From Macrostomum lignano (taxonomy: Eukaryota): a stretch of 64,000 nucleotides of DNA. Positions 23,401 to 35,600 of this stretch are shown in pieces. Position 1 is the first letter of the stretch. The number at the start of each line of letters is the position of its first letter. Location of the stretch: NCBI GenBank assembly GCA_002269645.1, contig NIVC01002999.1:62001-126000 (forward strand), written 5' to 3'. Under the pieces are notes generated by a model. It saw nothing but the letters and a program-made list of their open reading frames with translations. It was not told the DNA's origin and ran no database searches. The translations under genes were made by a program, and so were the position numbers.

Positions 23401-26400
23401 ATTGTGCAAATATTCTCCCAATCCGAACGTTGCTGATCGAGACGGCTATACGGCTTTGATGTACGCCGTGAAGTGCAGGAACTCCAGCTTGGTGAGGACT
23501 CTGCTGGAGTTGAAACCCGACCTGGAGATTGCTATCAACTTCTACGACGCGAGACGTGAGTGTTGCGTGCTGAGAATTCGGTTAAATATTATTAAGAATA
23601 AAATGAGTTCTAGCTAAAATACATGATATGCAGATAGGAGTCCATGGAGTACAGATAAGAGTCCATGGAATACTGATAAAGAATCCATAGAATACTGATA
23701 AGAATCCATGAGTACAGATAAGAGTCTATAGAATACTGATAAGAATCCATTGAGTACTGATAATAATCCATGGAATACTGATAAGAATCCATGGAATACT
23801 GATAAAGAATCCATGGAATACTGATAATAATCCAGTACTTATCCAGTAACTTGATAAGAATCCATAGAATACTGATAAGAATCCATGGAATACTGATAAG
23901 AATCCATGGAATACTGATAAGAATCCATGGAATACTGATAAGAATTCATGGAACACTGATAAGAATCCATGGAATACTGATAAGAATCCATGGAATACTG
24001 ATAAGAATCCATAGAATACTGATAAGAATCCATGGAATACTCATAAGAATCCATGGAATACTGATAATAATCCATAGAATACTGATAAGAATCCATAGAA
24101 TACTGATAAGAATCCATGGAATACTGATAATAATCCATAGAATACTGATAAGAATCCATGGAATACAGATAAGAATCCATAGAATACTGATAAGAATCCA
24201 TAGAATACTGATAAGAATCCATGGAATACTCATAAGAATCCATGGAATACTGATAATAATCCATAGAATACTGATAAGAATCCATAGAATACTGATAAGA
24301 ATCCATGGAATACTGATAATAATCCATAGAATACTGATAAGAATCCATGGAATACAGATAAGAATCCATAGAATACTGATAAGAATCCATGGAATACTGA
24401 TAAGAATCAATGGAATACTGATAAGAATCCACAGAATACTGATAAGAATCCATGGAATGCTGATAAGAATCCATGGAATACTGATAAGAATCCATGAGTA
24501 CAGATAAGAATCCATGGAATACTGATAATAATCCATAGAATACTGATAAGAATCCATAGAATACTGATAAGAATCCATGGAATACTGATAAGAATCCATA
24601 GAATACTGATAAGAATCCATGAGTACAGATAAGAATCCATAGAATACTGATAATAATCCATAGAATACTGATAAGAATCCATAGAATACTGATAAGAATC
24701 CATGGAATACTGATAAGAATCCATAGAATACTGATAATAATCCATGAGTACAGATAAGAATCCATGGAATACTGATAATAATCCATAGAATACTGATAAG
24801 AATCCATAGAATACTGATAAGAATCCATAGAATACTGATAAGAATCCATAGAATACTGATAATAATCCATAGAATACTGATAATAATCCATAGAATACTG
24901 ATAAGAATCCATAGAATACTGATAAGAATCCATGGAATACTGATAATAATCCATAGAATACTGATAAGAATCCATGGAATACTGATAAGAATCCATAGAA
25001 TACTGATAAGAATCCATAGAATACTGATAAGAATCCATAGAATACTGATAAGAATCCATGGAATACTGATAAGAATCCATAGAATACTGATAAGAATCCA
25101 TGGAATACTGATAAGAATCCATAGAATACTGATAAGAATCCATAGAATACTGATAAGAATCCATAGAATACTGATAAGAATCCATGGAATACTGATAAGA
25201 ATCCATAGAATACTGATAAGAATCCATGGAATACTGATAAGAATCAATGGAATACTGATAAGAATCCATGGAATACTGATAATAATCCATAGAATACTGA
25301 TAAGAATCCATGGAATACTGATAAGAATCCATGGAATACTGATAAGAATCAATGGAATACTGATAAGAATCCATAGAATACTGATAAGAATCCATAGAAT
25401 ACTGATAAGAATCCATGGAATACTGATAAGAATCCATAGAATACTGATAAGAATCCATAGAATACTGATAAGAATCCATAGAATACTGATAATAATCCAT
25501 AGAATACTGATAAGAATCCATGGAATACTGATAAGAATCCATGGAATACTGATAAGAATCCATGGAATACTGATAAGAATCCATAGAATACTGATAAGAA
25601 TCCATGGAATACTGATAAGATTCAATGGAATACTGATAAGAATCCATGGAATACTGAAAAGCGTCCATGGAATACTGATAAGAATCCATAGAATACTGAT
25701 AAGAATTCATGGAATACTGATAATAATCCATAGAATACTGATAAGAATCCATGGAATACTGATAAGAATCCATGGAATACTGATAAGAATCCATGGAATA
25801 CTGATAAGAATCCATGGAATACTGATAAGAATCCATGGAATACTGATAAGAATCCATGGAATACTGATAAGAATCCATAGAATACTGATAAGAATCCAGT
25901 ACTTATCCAGTAACTTGATAAGAATCCATAGAATACTGATAAGAATTCATGGAATACTGATAAGAATCCATAGAATACTGATAAGAATTCATGGAATACT
26001 GATAAGAATCCATAGAATACTGATAAGAATTCATGGAATACTGATAAGAATCCATAGAATACTGATAAGAATTCATGGAATACTGATAAGAATCCGTGGA
26101 ATACTGATAAGAATCCATGGAATACTGATAAGAATCCATGGAATACTGATAAGAATTCATGGAACACTGATAAGAATCCATGGAATACTGATAAGAATCC
26201 ATGGAATACTGATAAGAATCCATAGAATACTGATAAGAATCCATAGAATACTGATAAGAATCCATGGAATACTGATAAGAATCCATAGAATACTGATAAG
26301 AATTCATGGAACACTGATAAGAATCCATGGAATACTGATAAGAATCCATGGAATACTGATAAGAATCCATAGAATACTGATAAGAATCCATAGAATACTG

Positions 26401-29400
26401 ATAAGAATCCATGGAATACTGATAAGAATCCGTGGAATACTGATAAGAATCCATGGAATACTGATAAGAATCCATAGAATACTGATAAGAATTCATGGAA
26501 CACTGATAAGAATCCATGGAATACTGATAAGAATCCATGGAATACTGATAAGAATCCATAGAATACTGATAAGAATCCATAGAATACTGATAAGAATCCA
26601 TGGAATACTGATAAGAATCCAGTACTTATCCAGTACTTGATAAGAATCCATAGAATACTGATAAGAATCCATGGAATACTGATAAGAATCCATGGAATAC
26701 TGATAAAGAATCCATAGAATACTGATAAGAATCCAGTACTTATCCAGTACTTGATAAGAATCCATGGAATACTGATAAGAATCCATAGAATACTGATAAG
26801 AATCCATAGAATACTGATAAGAATCCATGGAATACTGATAAGAATCCATAGAATTCTGATAAGAATCCATAGAATACTGATAAGAATCCATGGAATACTG
26901 ATAAGAATCCATAGAATACTGATAAGAATCCATAGAATACTGATAAGAATCCATAGAATACTGATAAGAATTCATGGAATACTGATAAGAATCCATAGAA
27001 TACTGATAAGAATCCATAGAATACTGATAAGAATCCATAGAATACTGATAAGAATTCATGGAATACTGATAAGAATTCATGGAATACTGATAAGAATCCA
27101 TGGAATACATGGAATACTGATAAGAATTCATGGAATACAGATAAGAATTCATGGAATACAGATAATGGGAAAATTCTGCAACAAGCAGCCGCTCTGTTCT
27201 CACCGATCGTGCGCCATTCCATATGCAGGCAACAAGTACGCCAACTGCACTCCGCTGCAAATGGCCATCGGCAAGGGCCAGATGGAGATTGTCAAAATGC
27301 TATTGGATGCCGGTGCTAATTTGTTCGCTAATATGGACAGCATGGGTGAGTTTCGGTAAATTATTAATCCATAAGAAGATTCCTACTTCTTATTTGGTGT
27401 CTTGTCACTCCCAATTTCTGAATAGTGAACTGTTGCGTGTCTTGCCACTACCTGACTATATTGTCACTCTTTATCTGACTGTCTTGTCACTCTTTATCTG
27501 ACTGTCTTGTCACTCTTTATCTGACTATATTGTCACTCTTTATCTGACTATATTGTCACACTTTATCTGACTGTCTTGTCACTCTTTATCTGACTGTCTT
27601 GTCACTCTTTATCTGACTGTCTTGTCACTCTTTATCTGACTATATTGTCACTCTTTATCTGACTGTCTTGTCACTCTTTATCTGACTGTCTTGTCACTCT
27701 TTATCTGACTATATTGTCACTCTTTATCTGACTGTCTTGTCACTCTTTATCTGACTATATTGTCACTTTATCTGACTGTCTTGTCACTCTTTATCTGACT
27801 GTCTTGTCACTCTTTATCTGACTGTCTTGTCACTCTTTATCTGACTATATTGTCACTCTTTATCTGACTGTCTTGTCACTCTTTATCTGACTGTCTTGTC
27901 ACTCTTTATCTGACTATATTGTCACTCTTTATCTGACTGTCTTGTCACTCTTTATCTGACTATATTGTCACTTTATCTGACTGTCTTGTCACTCTTTATC
28001 TGACTGTCTTGTCACTCTTTATCAGACTGTCTTGTCACTCTTTATAGGCCCCGACCAGACCGAGTTCAGCGTCTCCTGCCTGCACACGGCCGTGGTGATG
28101 GACCACGCGGGCATCGGGCAGCTGCTGCTTGACCGCGGCGTCGATGTCAACGTGTGCACGTCGTCGGGCTTGACTCCGTTGCACTACGCAGCCAGCTGGG
28201 GTCACGACGCTTTCGCCAAGCTGCTGCTGAGCCGGGGCGCCACCGTGGACGCTGTCGGCGAACAGTTTATGGCTACGCCTTTGATCTATGCCGCCAGGCG
28301 GGACAAGCACACCACTATGCGGCTGCTGCTGGAGCACGGAGCAAATCCTAATCATCAGGATAAGCAGGTGAGATAATTGCACCTTGTGTGAGCGCTTGTG
28401 TATCAGTGCGTGCATATATAAGGTGGATATGGGGTAGTTTCACAGGTAGATATCAGGTAGTTTCACAGGTAGATATCAGATAGTTTCACGGGTAGATATC
28501 AGGTAGTTTCACGGGTAGATATCGGGTAGTTTCACAGGTAGATATCAGGTAGTTTCACGGGTAGATATCTGGTAGTTTCACAGGTAGATATCAGGTAGTT
28601 TCACGGGTAGATATCGGGTAGTTTCACAGGTAGATATCAGGTAGTTTCACAGGTAGATATCAGGTAGTTTAACGGGTAGATATCAGGTAGTTAGGCAGGT
28701 AGATATCGGGTAGTTAGGCAGGCAGATGTAGGGTAGTTTTGCAGGTAGTTTCACGGATTCAGTAGTCAGCTAGTTTTACAGATAGATGCACCATAAAAAA
28801 ACTATCAATGCAGGGTTACACAGCGCTTCACTGGTGTCTGACATTCAACCACGTGGACTCGTTAGACGTTTTGTTAAACTGCGGTCGCAAATTGGACGTC
28901 AATTTGATTAGTCAGAAAGTGGATCACAGACGCGGTGTCACTGCTCTGGTTCTGGGTCTGGAGTACTGCTCAGCTAAAGTGGTCGAACGCCTGTTGGAGA
29001 TGGGCTCAGACCCCAATGTGATCTTCGACGCCAATGAGATGACTTTGACGCCGATTTTCCTCTGCGCCGAGTTTGGATGCGTCGACAAATTGCAGCTGTT
29101 GATCAAGTATGGCGCCGACTTGAATAGGTGAGTTTGACCTTGCATACGTGGCTTGGAGTGACGGAATGATAAGCTAGTTCTCCCGGAGATAAAATAAATG
29201 GTGAGAATGACAAGATGAGTGATTCTGGAGTGAAAGGATAAGTGATGCTGGAGTGACAATATGAGTGATTCTGGAGTGAAAGGATAAGTGATGCTGGAGT
29301 GACAATATGAGTGATGCCGGAGTGAAAGGATAAGTGATGCTGGAGTGACAATATGAGTGATTCTGGAGTGAAAGGATAAGTGATGCTGGAGTGACAATAT

Positions 29401-32400
29401 GAGTGATGCCGGAGTGACAGGATGAGTGATGCCGGAGTGACAATATGAGTGATGCTGGAGTGAAAGGATGAGTGATGCCGGAGTGACAGGATGAGTGATG
29501 CCGGAGTGACAATATGAGTGATGCTGGAGTGAAAGGATGAGTGATGCCGGAGTGACAATATGAGTGATGCCGGAGTGGCAGAATGAGTGATGCCGGAGTG
29601 ACAATGAGTGATGCTGGAGTGACAGGATGAGTGATGCCGGAGTGACAATATGAGTGATTCTGGAGTGAAAGGATAAGTGATGCTGGAGTGACAATATGAG
29701 TGATTCTGGAGTGAAAGGATAAGTGATGCTGGAGTGACAATATGAGTGATGCCGGAGTGACAGGATGAGTGATGCCAGAGTGACAATGTGAGTGATGCTG
29801 GAGTGAAAGGATGAGTGATGCCGGAGTGACAATATGAGTGATGCCGGAGTGGCAGGATGAGTGATGCTGGAGTGACAGGATGAGTGATGCTGGAGTGACA
29901 GGATGAGTGATGCTGGAGTGACAGGATGAGTGATGCTGGAGTGACAGGATGAGTGATGCCGGAGTGACAATATGAGTGATGCCGGAGTGACAGGATGAGT
30001 GATGCCGGAGTGACAATATGAGTGATGCTGGAGTGACAGGATGAGTGATTCTGGAGTGAAAGGATGAGTGATGCCGGAGTGACAATATGAGTGATGCCGG
30101 AGTGACAATATGAGTGATGCCGGAGTGACAATATGAGTGATGCCGGAGTGACAATATGAGTGATGCCGGAGTGACAATATGAGTGATGCTGGAGTGACAG
30201 GATGAGTGATTCTGGAGTGAAAGGATGAGTGATGCCAGAGTAACAGAATGAGTGATGCCGGAGTGACAATATGAGTGATGCCAGATTGACAGGATGAGTG
30301 ATGCCGGAGTGACAATATGAGTGATGCCGGAGTGACAGGATGAGTGATGCCGGAGTGACAATATGAGTGATGCCGGAGTGACAGGATGAGTGATGCCGGA
30401 GTGACAATATGAGTGATGCCGGAGTGACAGGATGAGTGATGCCGGAGTGACAATATGAGTGATGCTGGAGTGACAGGATGAGTGATTCTGGAGTGAAAGG
30501 ATGAGTGATGCCGGAGTGACAGGATCACAGGAGTGACAGGATGAGTGATGCCGGAGTGACAGGATGAGTGATGCCGGAGTGACAATATGAGTGATGCCGG
30601 AGTGACAATATGAGTGATGCCGGAGTGACCGGATGAGTGATGCCGGAGTGACAATATGAGTGATGCCGGAGTGACAATATGAGTGATGCCGGAGTGACTA
30701 AATGAGTGATGCTCGAGTGACAAGATGAGTGATGCCGGAATGACTAAATGAGTGATGCTGGAGTGACAAGATGAGTGATGCCAAATTCACGGGATGAATA
30801 AAAGAGTGACAAGGTGAGGCAGTGAGTGAAAGGGAGACAGGATGAGTGACGAGAATGATCAGACGAGTGACAATGTCAGAGTGACAAACAACCACCCCCT
30901 CCTCGCAGAACGTCATCCCGCAAAGAGACGCCGTTACATTTCGCTTTGCGCTTCAAAAAAGTAGCGGCCGCCGAGCGTCTGATTCGAGCAGGTGCCGACC
31001 TGGAGACCCGGGCCAGCATCGGCAACGGCGAGCACCAGCAGGGTGTACACGTGGCCGCGCAGCTGGGCTTGAACAGCTGCATCCGCCTGCTGGCAGAGTA
31101 CGGCGCCAATGTCAATTCGACTATGACTTTGAAATGCGTCGAACGAGTGACGCCGTTGCATCTGGCGGCTTTGAACGACCTGTCGGAGACTGTCAAGATT
31201 CTTGTCATGCATGGTGCCGACGTTAATTGCCAGCGTAGTGACACCTTCACGCCTTTGTTAACTGCCGTGACCAAGTCTAACGTGTGCGCCGTCAAGTGTC
31301 TCGTTCGGGCTGGGGCCGACATTCACACTCGCTGCATTGTGTCCAGAAGCAAGGATGCCACCTGCCTGCACATCGCTGCCCAGGTAAGCTCACTGGCAGG
31401 TGGGGGGAGACAGGTTGACAGGTGAGAGTAGATATCAAGTAGATTGGCAGGTAGATATCGAGTATTTTGGCAGGTAGATATCGGGTAGTTTTGCAGGTAG
31501 ATATCGGTTAGTTTAGCAGGTAGATATCAGGTAGATATCAAGTAGTTTTGCAGGTAGATATCGGTTAGTTTTGCAGGTAGATATCGGGTAGTTTTGCAGG
31601 TAGATATCGGGTAGTTTTGCAGGTAGATATCAAGTAGTTTTGCAGGTAGATATCAAGTAGTTTTGCAGGTAGATATCGGGTAGTTTTGCAGGTAGATATC
31701 GGTTAGTTTTGCAGGTAGATATCGGGTAGTTTTGCAGGTAGATATCAAGTAGTTTTGCAGGTAGATATCAAGTAGTTTTGCAGGTAGATATCGGGTAGTT
31801 TCGTTTGCGTGCCTCAAGATTGGCAAAAAAACAATTGGCTTTCATTGCAGGTCGGGAGCCTGGAAATCGTTGACCTGCTGCTAGAGCGGGGCGCCAACCC
31901 ACTGGCCCGGATGGTCACCGGGGACCGAGCCGGCATCCTTCCAGTCCACCTGGCCTCGGAGACCGGCCATCTGGACGTTATTAAGCGCTTCCTCGACATC
32001 GGCGTAGACGTGAACGCGCAGGAGGACTGCGGCCTGACCTGCCTGCACTACGCGGCCAACGGTGGCAAGGCGGACATCATTAAACTGCTGCTTGAGAGGG
32101 GCGCCAGGGTGGATCTGAAGGCCGCCTATGATGACGGTGAGGCTTTTTTTGTTTGGTTTTGGTAAAACTGGTTTGTAGTATAATTATTACGGTATGGAGA
32201 GGATTAGGGTATGGAAGGGACTGAAGAGAGCGGTAGTATGATGGGGGAGAGCTGAAGTGTGATAGGGGAGAGCTGAAGTGTGATAGGGGAGAGCTGAAGT
32301 GTGATAGGGGAGAGCTGAAGTGTGATAGGCGAGAGTGGAAGTATGATGGGAGAGAGCGGAAGTATGATAGGGGAAAGCGAAAGTATGATGGGGGAGAGTG

Positions 32401-34625
32401 GAAGCGTGATTGATGAAGTCGTAAGCATGATATGGGAAAATCGGATTCATGATAGGGGAAAGCGAAAGTATGATGGGGGAGAGCGGAAGCGTGATTGATG
32501 AAGTCGTAAGCATGATATGGGAAAATCGGAATCATGATAGGGGAAAGCGAAAGTATGATGGGGGAGAGCGGAAGCGTGATTGATGAAGTCGTAAGCATGA
32601 TATGGAAAAATCGGAATCATGATAGGGGAAAGCGAAAGCATGATGGGGAAGGGCGGAAGCATGATTGGGGAGAGCGGAAGCATGATTGGGGAGAGCGGAA
32701 GCATGATGGGGGAGAGCGGAAGCATAGTAATCTGAATCTGATATGGAACAGAAAATGGCAGAGAGAAACAAAGACCTGCAACAAAGACACAAGGAGTGAA
32801 TTATCTCACCCGCTGTCTCACTCGCAGGCAATCGAGTCGACGTTCTGCCGCTGCACATGGCCTGCGAGAAGGGCAACGCCGAGTGCGCCCGCCTGCTGGT
32901 GGAGGCCGGCAGCCCTCTGGACGCCACCCTGTTCCGCAACAGACGCGGCAACATCACCCCACTGTACCTGGCCGTGGCGGAGAACAATCCCGAAGTTGTA
33001 TCCGTTCTGCTAGCTGCCGGCTCCGATGTCAACATTCAAGACGGCATCGGCGCCGCGCCGCTGCACATCTCCTGCCAGCGCGGCTATCACGACATCTTCT
33101 GCCAGCTGTTGTGCCATCCTAGCGTCAACGTGAACATCGCCACATTCAACGGCGTCACCCCTATCCATATCGTGTCGGAGAAGGGCCACTTCGACATGGC
33201 CATGTGGCTGATCGCTCGCGGAGTGAATGTTAATCCGTTGTGCCGGATTAAGGACGTGCACTCGGGCCAGATGTCTGAGGACATCATACCGTTGAATCAG
33301 GCGTGCGGTTTCGGCCATCTGCAGATTGTTAAACTGCTGTTGCAGGTTTGTGTTCAAGTCTTTGTTCTTTGTTGTTGACCCTTATCATTAGTCTCTGTAT
33401 TGTTTTGTTAGTTTAGTCTCTGTCAGGCTTTGTTCTGCAAGATTATTCTTTGTTGGTCTTCTTTTTTTCTAAAAGATTAGTCTCTATCAGTCTTTGTTCT
33501 ATATGATTGGTCTCTGTCAGTCTTTGTTCTGTAGTATTAGTCTCTATTAGTCTTTGTTCTGCGATATTAGTCCCTGTTAGTTTTTTTCTGTAATATTAGT
33601 CTTTGTCCCGAATCACCATCACCACCCCTCCCCAAACTCGAACGCGCAGAACGGCGCCGATGTGCACCACGGTGAGAATTTCGAAGGCCGCCGTGGCATC
33701 GCCAGCATTCATTGCGCCGCAATTCGCGGCCGGCATCACGTTATACCATTGCTGCGCAAGTTTGGCGCCAATTTGAATGCCACAGACGAGCAGGGCTGGA
33801 GCCCGCTGCACTGGGCTGTTCACGAGCGATTTTACGATACTGTGCTGCTGCTGCTGCAGAATGGCGCCGACCCCAGGCTGCTCAACCAGGTGAGTCTCAA
33901 GCCACACGACCGCCTTGGTTCGATTCCCACATGTGTGAGCCGCTGTGCACCCTGTGTGAGCCGCTGTGCACCCTGTGTGAGCCGCTGTGCACCCTGTGTG
34001 AGCCGCTGTACACCATGTGTGAGCCGCTGTGCACCCTGTGTGAGCCGCTGTACACCCTGTGTGAGCCGCTGTACACCCTGTGTGAGCCGCTGTGCACCCT
34101 GTGTGAGCCGCTTTGCACCCTGTGTGAGCCGCTGTACACCCTGTGTGAGCCGCTGTACACCCTGTGTGAGCCGCTGTGCACCCTGTGTGAGCCACTTTAC
34201 ACCCTGTGTGAGCCGCTGTACACCCTGTGTGAGCCGCTGTGCACCCTGTGTGAGCCGCTGTGCACCCTGTGTGAGCCGCTGTGCACCCTGTGTGAGCCGC
34301 TGTGCACCCTGTGTGAGCCGCTGTGCACCCTGTGTGAGCCGCTGTACACCCTGTGTGAGCCGCTGTGCACCCTGTGTGAGCCGCTGTGCACCCTGTGTGA
34401 GCCGCTGTGCACCCTGTGTGAGCCGCTGTGCACCCTGTGTGAGCCGCTGTGCACCCTGTGTGAGCCGCTGTGCACCCTGTAGTTGCCTCTAGCAATGATT
34501 TCTGTGTCATCACACAGGCTGGCCAACGGCCCATCCAGATGGCCACAACCAACGACATCACCTCCGTTCTGGAGCGGTTCGAAGCGCAACTGCTGAGCGA
34601 TGGTGAACCAATGTCAACAGAATGA
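20444..34625 (+). CDS. Large ankyrin-repeat protein (about 1260 aa, roughly 30 ANK repeats, no other domain seen), 10 coding exons
   Basis: join(20444-21181, 22889-23555, 27229-27345, 28048-28367, 28814-29127, 30909-31383, 31851-32136, 32828-33345, 33650-33889, 34518-34625). All introns are GT-AG, phases 0,1,1,0,2,0,1,0,0 are compatible, and the total is 3783 nt = 1260 aa plus TGA. Repeated GxTPLHxAA...LL..GAD motifs. The start could be ATG 20483 or an upstream exon. Confidence 0.9.
21360..22820. repeat. ANK intron 1: 21-bp minisatellite (GGAATCTATAGACTTCTGATT)n
   Basis: About 68 tandem units. Confidence 0.97.
23620..27165. repeat. ANK intron 2: 21-bp minisatellite (AGAATCCATRGAATACTGATA)n
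   Basis: About 165 tandem units. Confidence 0.97.
27445..28047. repeat. ANK intron 3: 23-bp minisatellite (CTGACTGTCTTGTCACTCTTTAT)n
   Basis: About 26 units; the last unit forms the acceptor CTTGTCACTCTTTATAG. Confidence 0.96.
28420..28760. repeat. ANK intron 4: 23-bp minisatellite (AGGTAGATATCAGGTAGTTTCAC)n
   Basis: About 14 units; same family as intron 6. Confidence 0.94.
29200..30880. repeat. ANK intron 5: 23-bp minisatellite (GAGTGATGCCGGAGTGACAATAT)n
   Basis: About 70 units. Confidence 0.96.
31420..31800. repeat. ANK intron 6: 23-bp minisatellite (GCAGGTAGATATCGGGTAGTTTT)n
   Basis: About 16 units. Confidence 0.95.
32190..32725. repeat. ANK intron 7: 21-bp based minisatellite (GGGGAGAGCTGAAGTGTGATA)n with higher-order variants
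   Basis: Tandem purine-rich units. Confidence 0.9.
33385..33605. repeat. ANK intron 8: degenerate ~30-bp repeat (TAGTCTCTGTCAGTCTTTGTTCTGTAATAT)n
   Basis: About 7 diverged units. Confidence 0.75.
33930..34480. repeat. ANK intron 9: 21-bp minisatellite (CTGTGTGAGCCGCTGTGCACC)n
   Basis: About 26 near-identical units. Confidence 0.97.
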
Positions 34626-35079
34626 GCCTCTCTGTTGTGTTTGTTTTTATCTAACCAACTCACTACTGAATCTAACTGAAATCAGTAGTATACATACATA
34701 TATTTCTAGATGTATATTTATCATCATTTTAAAGCACTACCTATTAGTGATTAAAATAACCGTGATAATCAGACTGGCTAATTAAATATGCATTCAGTAA
34801 TTGCACTAACGGCTTATTAATATTGTTATCTTTATTTAATACCGTACTAATAATGTCTGTGTACAATTATCATATCATGCAAATTTATTTACCTGTGTTA
34901 TCTAACTGACTTTTTACTTCTTGATGCGTACTTTTTCAGAAGAAATAATGGATTCTTAAGCTTATTGAGCTTTGATTTATAGTTTGATTAATTATTAATA
35001 ATTGTTGTGCCATTGTATTTCAATTTTAATGCCTGCTTATCTGCTTTGGTAAAAACCTCACCTCGATTTAAGTCACATC

Positions 35080-35600
35080 AGATGATAATGAGGGTGAGAG
35101 TCAAATGTGAGATTAGATGATAATTGGGGTGAGAGTCAAATGTGAGATTAGATGACAATTGGGGTGAGAGTCAAATGTGAGATTAGATGATAATTGGGGT
35201 GAGGGTCAAATGTGAGATTAGATGATAATTGGGGTGAGAGTCAAATGTGAGATTAGATGATAATTGGGGTGAGAGTCAAATGTGAGATTAGATGATAATT
35301 GGGGTGAGGGTCAAATGTGAGATTAGATGATAATTGGGGTGAGAGTCAAATGTGAGATTAGATGATAATTGGGGTGAGGGTCATAGGTGAGATTAAATGA
35401 CAATGAAGGTGAGGAAGGTGAGGGTCATAGGGGAGATTAGATTATGAGGGTGAGAGTCAGATGGAATTATGACAAATGGGGTAAGTCATAGTTAAGATTA
35501 TGTCAGTGGGGTGAGAGTCATAGTTAAGATTATGTCAGTGGGGTGAGTCATAGTTAAGATTATGTCAGTGGGGTGAGAGTCATAGATTATGCTAATGAGG
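35080..35600. repeat. 35-bp minisatellite (GGGGTGAGAGTCAAATGTGAGATTAGATGATAATT)n
   Basis: About 8 near-perfect units plus a degenerate tail. Confidence 0.92.

Noticed and set aside
21337-27359. Very long ORFs (341, 366, 679, 559, 293 aa etc.) on both strands
   Set aside because: They are translations of 21-bp intronic satellites (unit divisible by 3) lying inside phase-consistent GT-AG introns of the ANK gene.
28924-30723. 599/434/395-aa His/Ser-rich minus-strand ORFs
   Set aside because: Reading frames of the 23-bp intron 5 satellite with no coding signature.
20444-34625. Horizontal transfer of a Wolbachia/Rickettsia-type ankyrin gene
   Set aside because: Nine spliceosomal introns, some at the usual metazoan ANK phase-0 position, and host-like codon style.
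33596-34663. Cys-rich repeat ORFs (CTAAHTG, CEPLCTL) resembling metallothionein or keratin-associated proteins
   Set aside because: All come from the 21-bp array inside intron 33890-34517, which has a good donor and acceptor.
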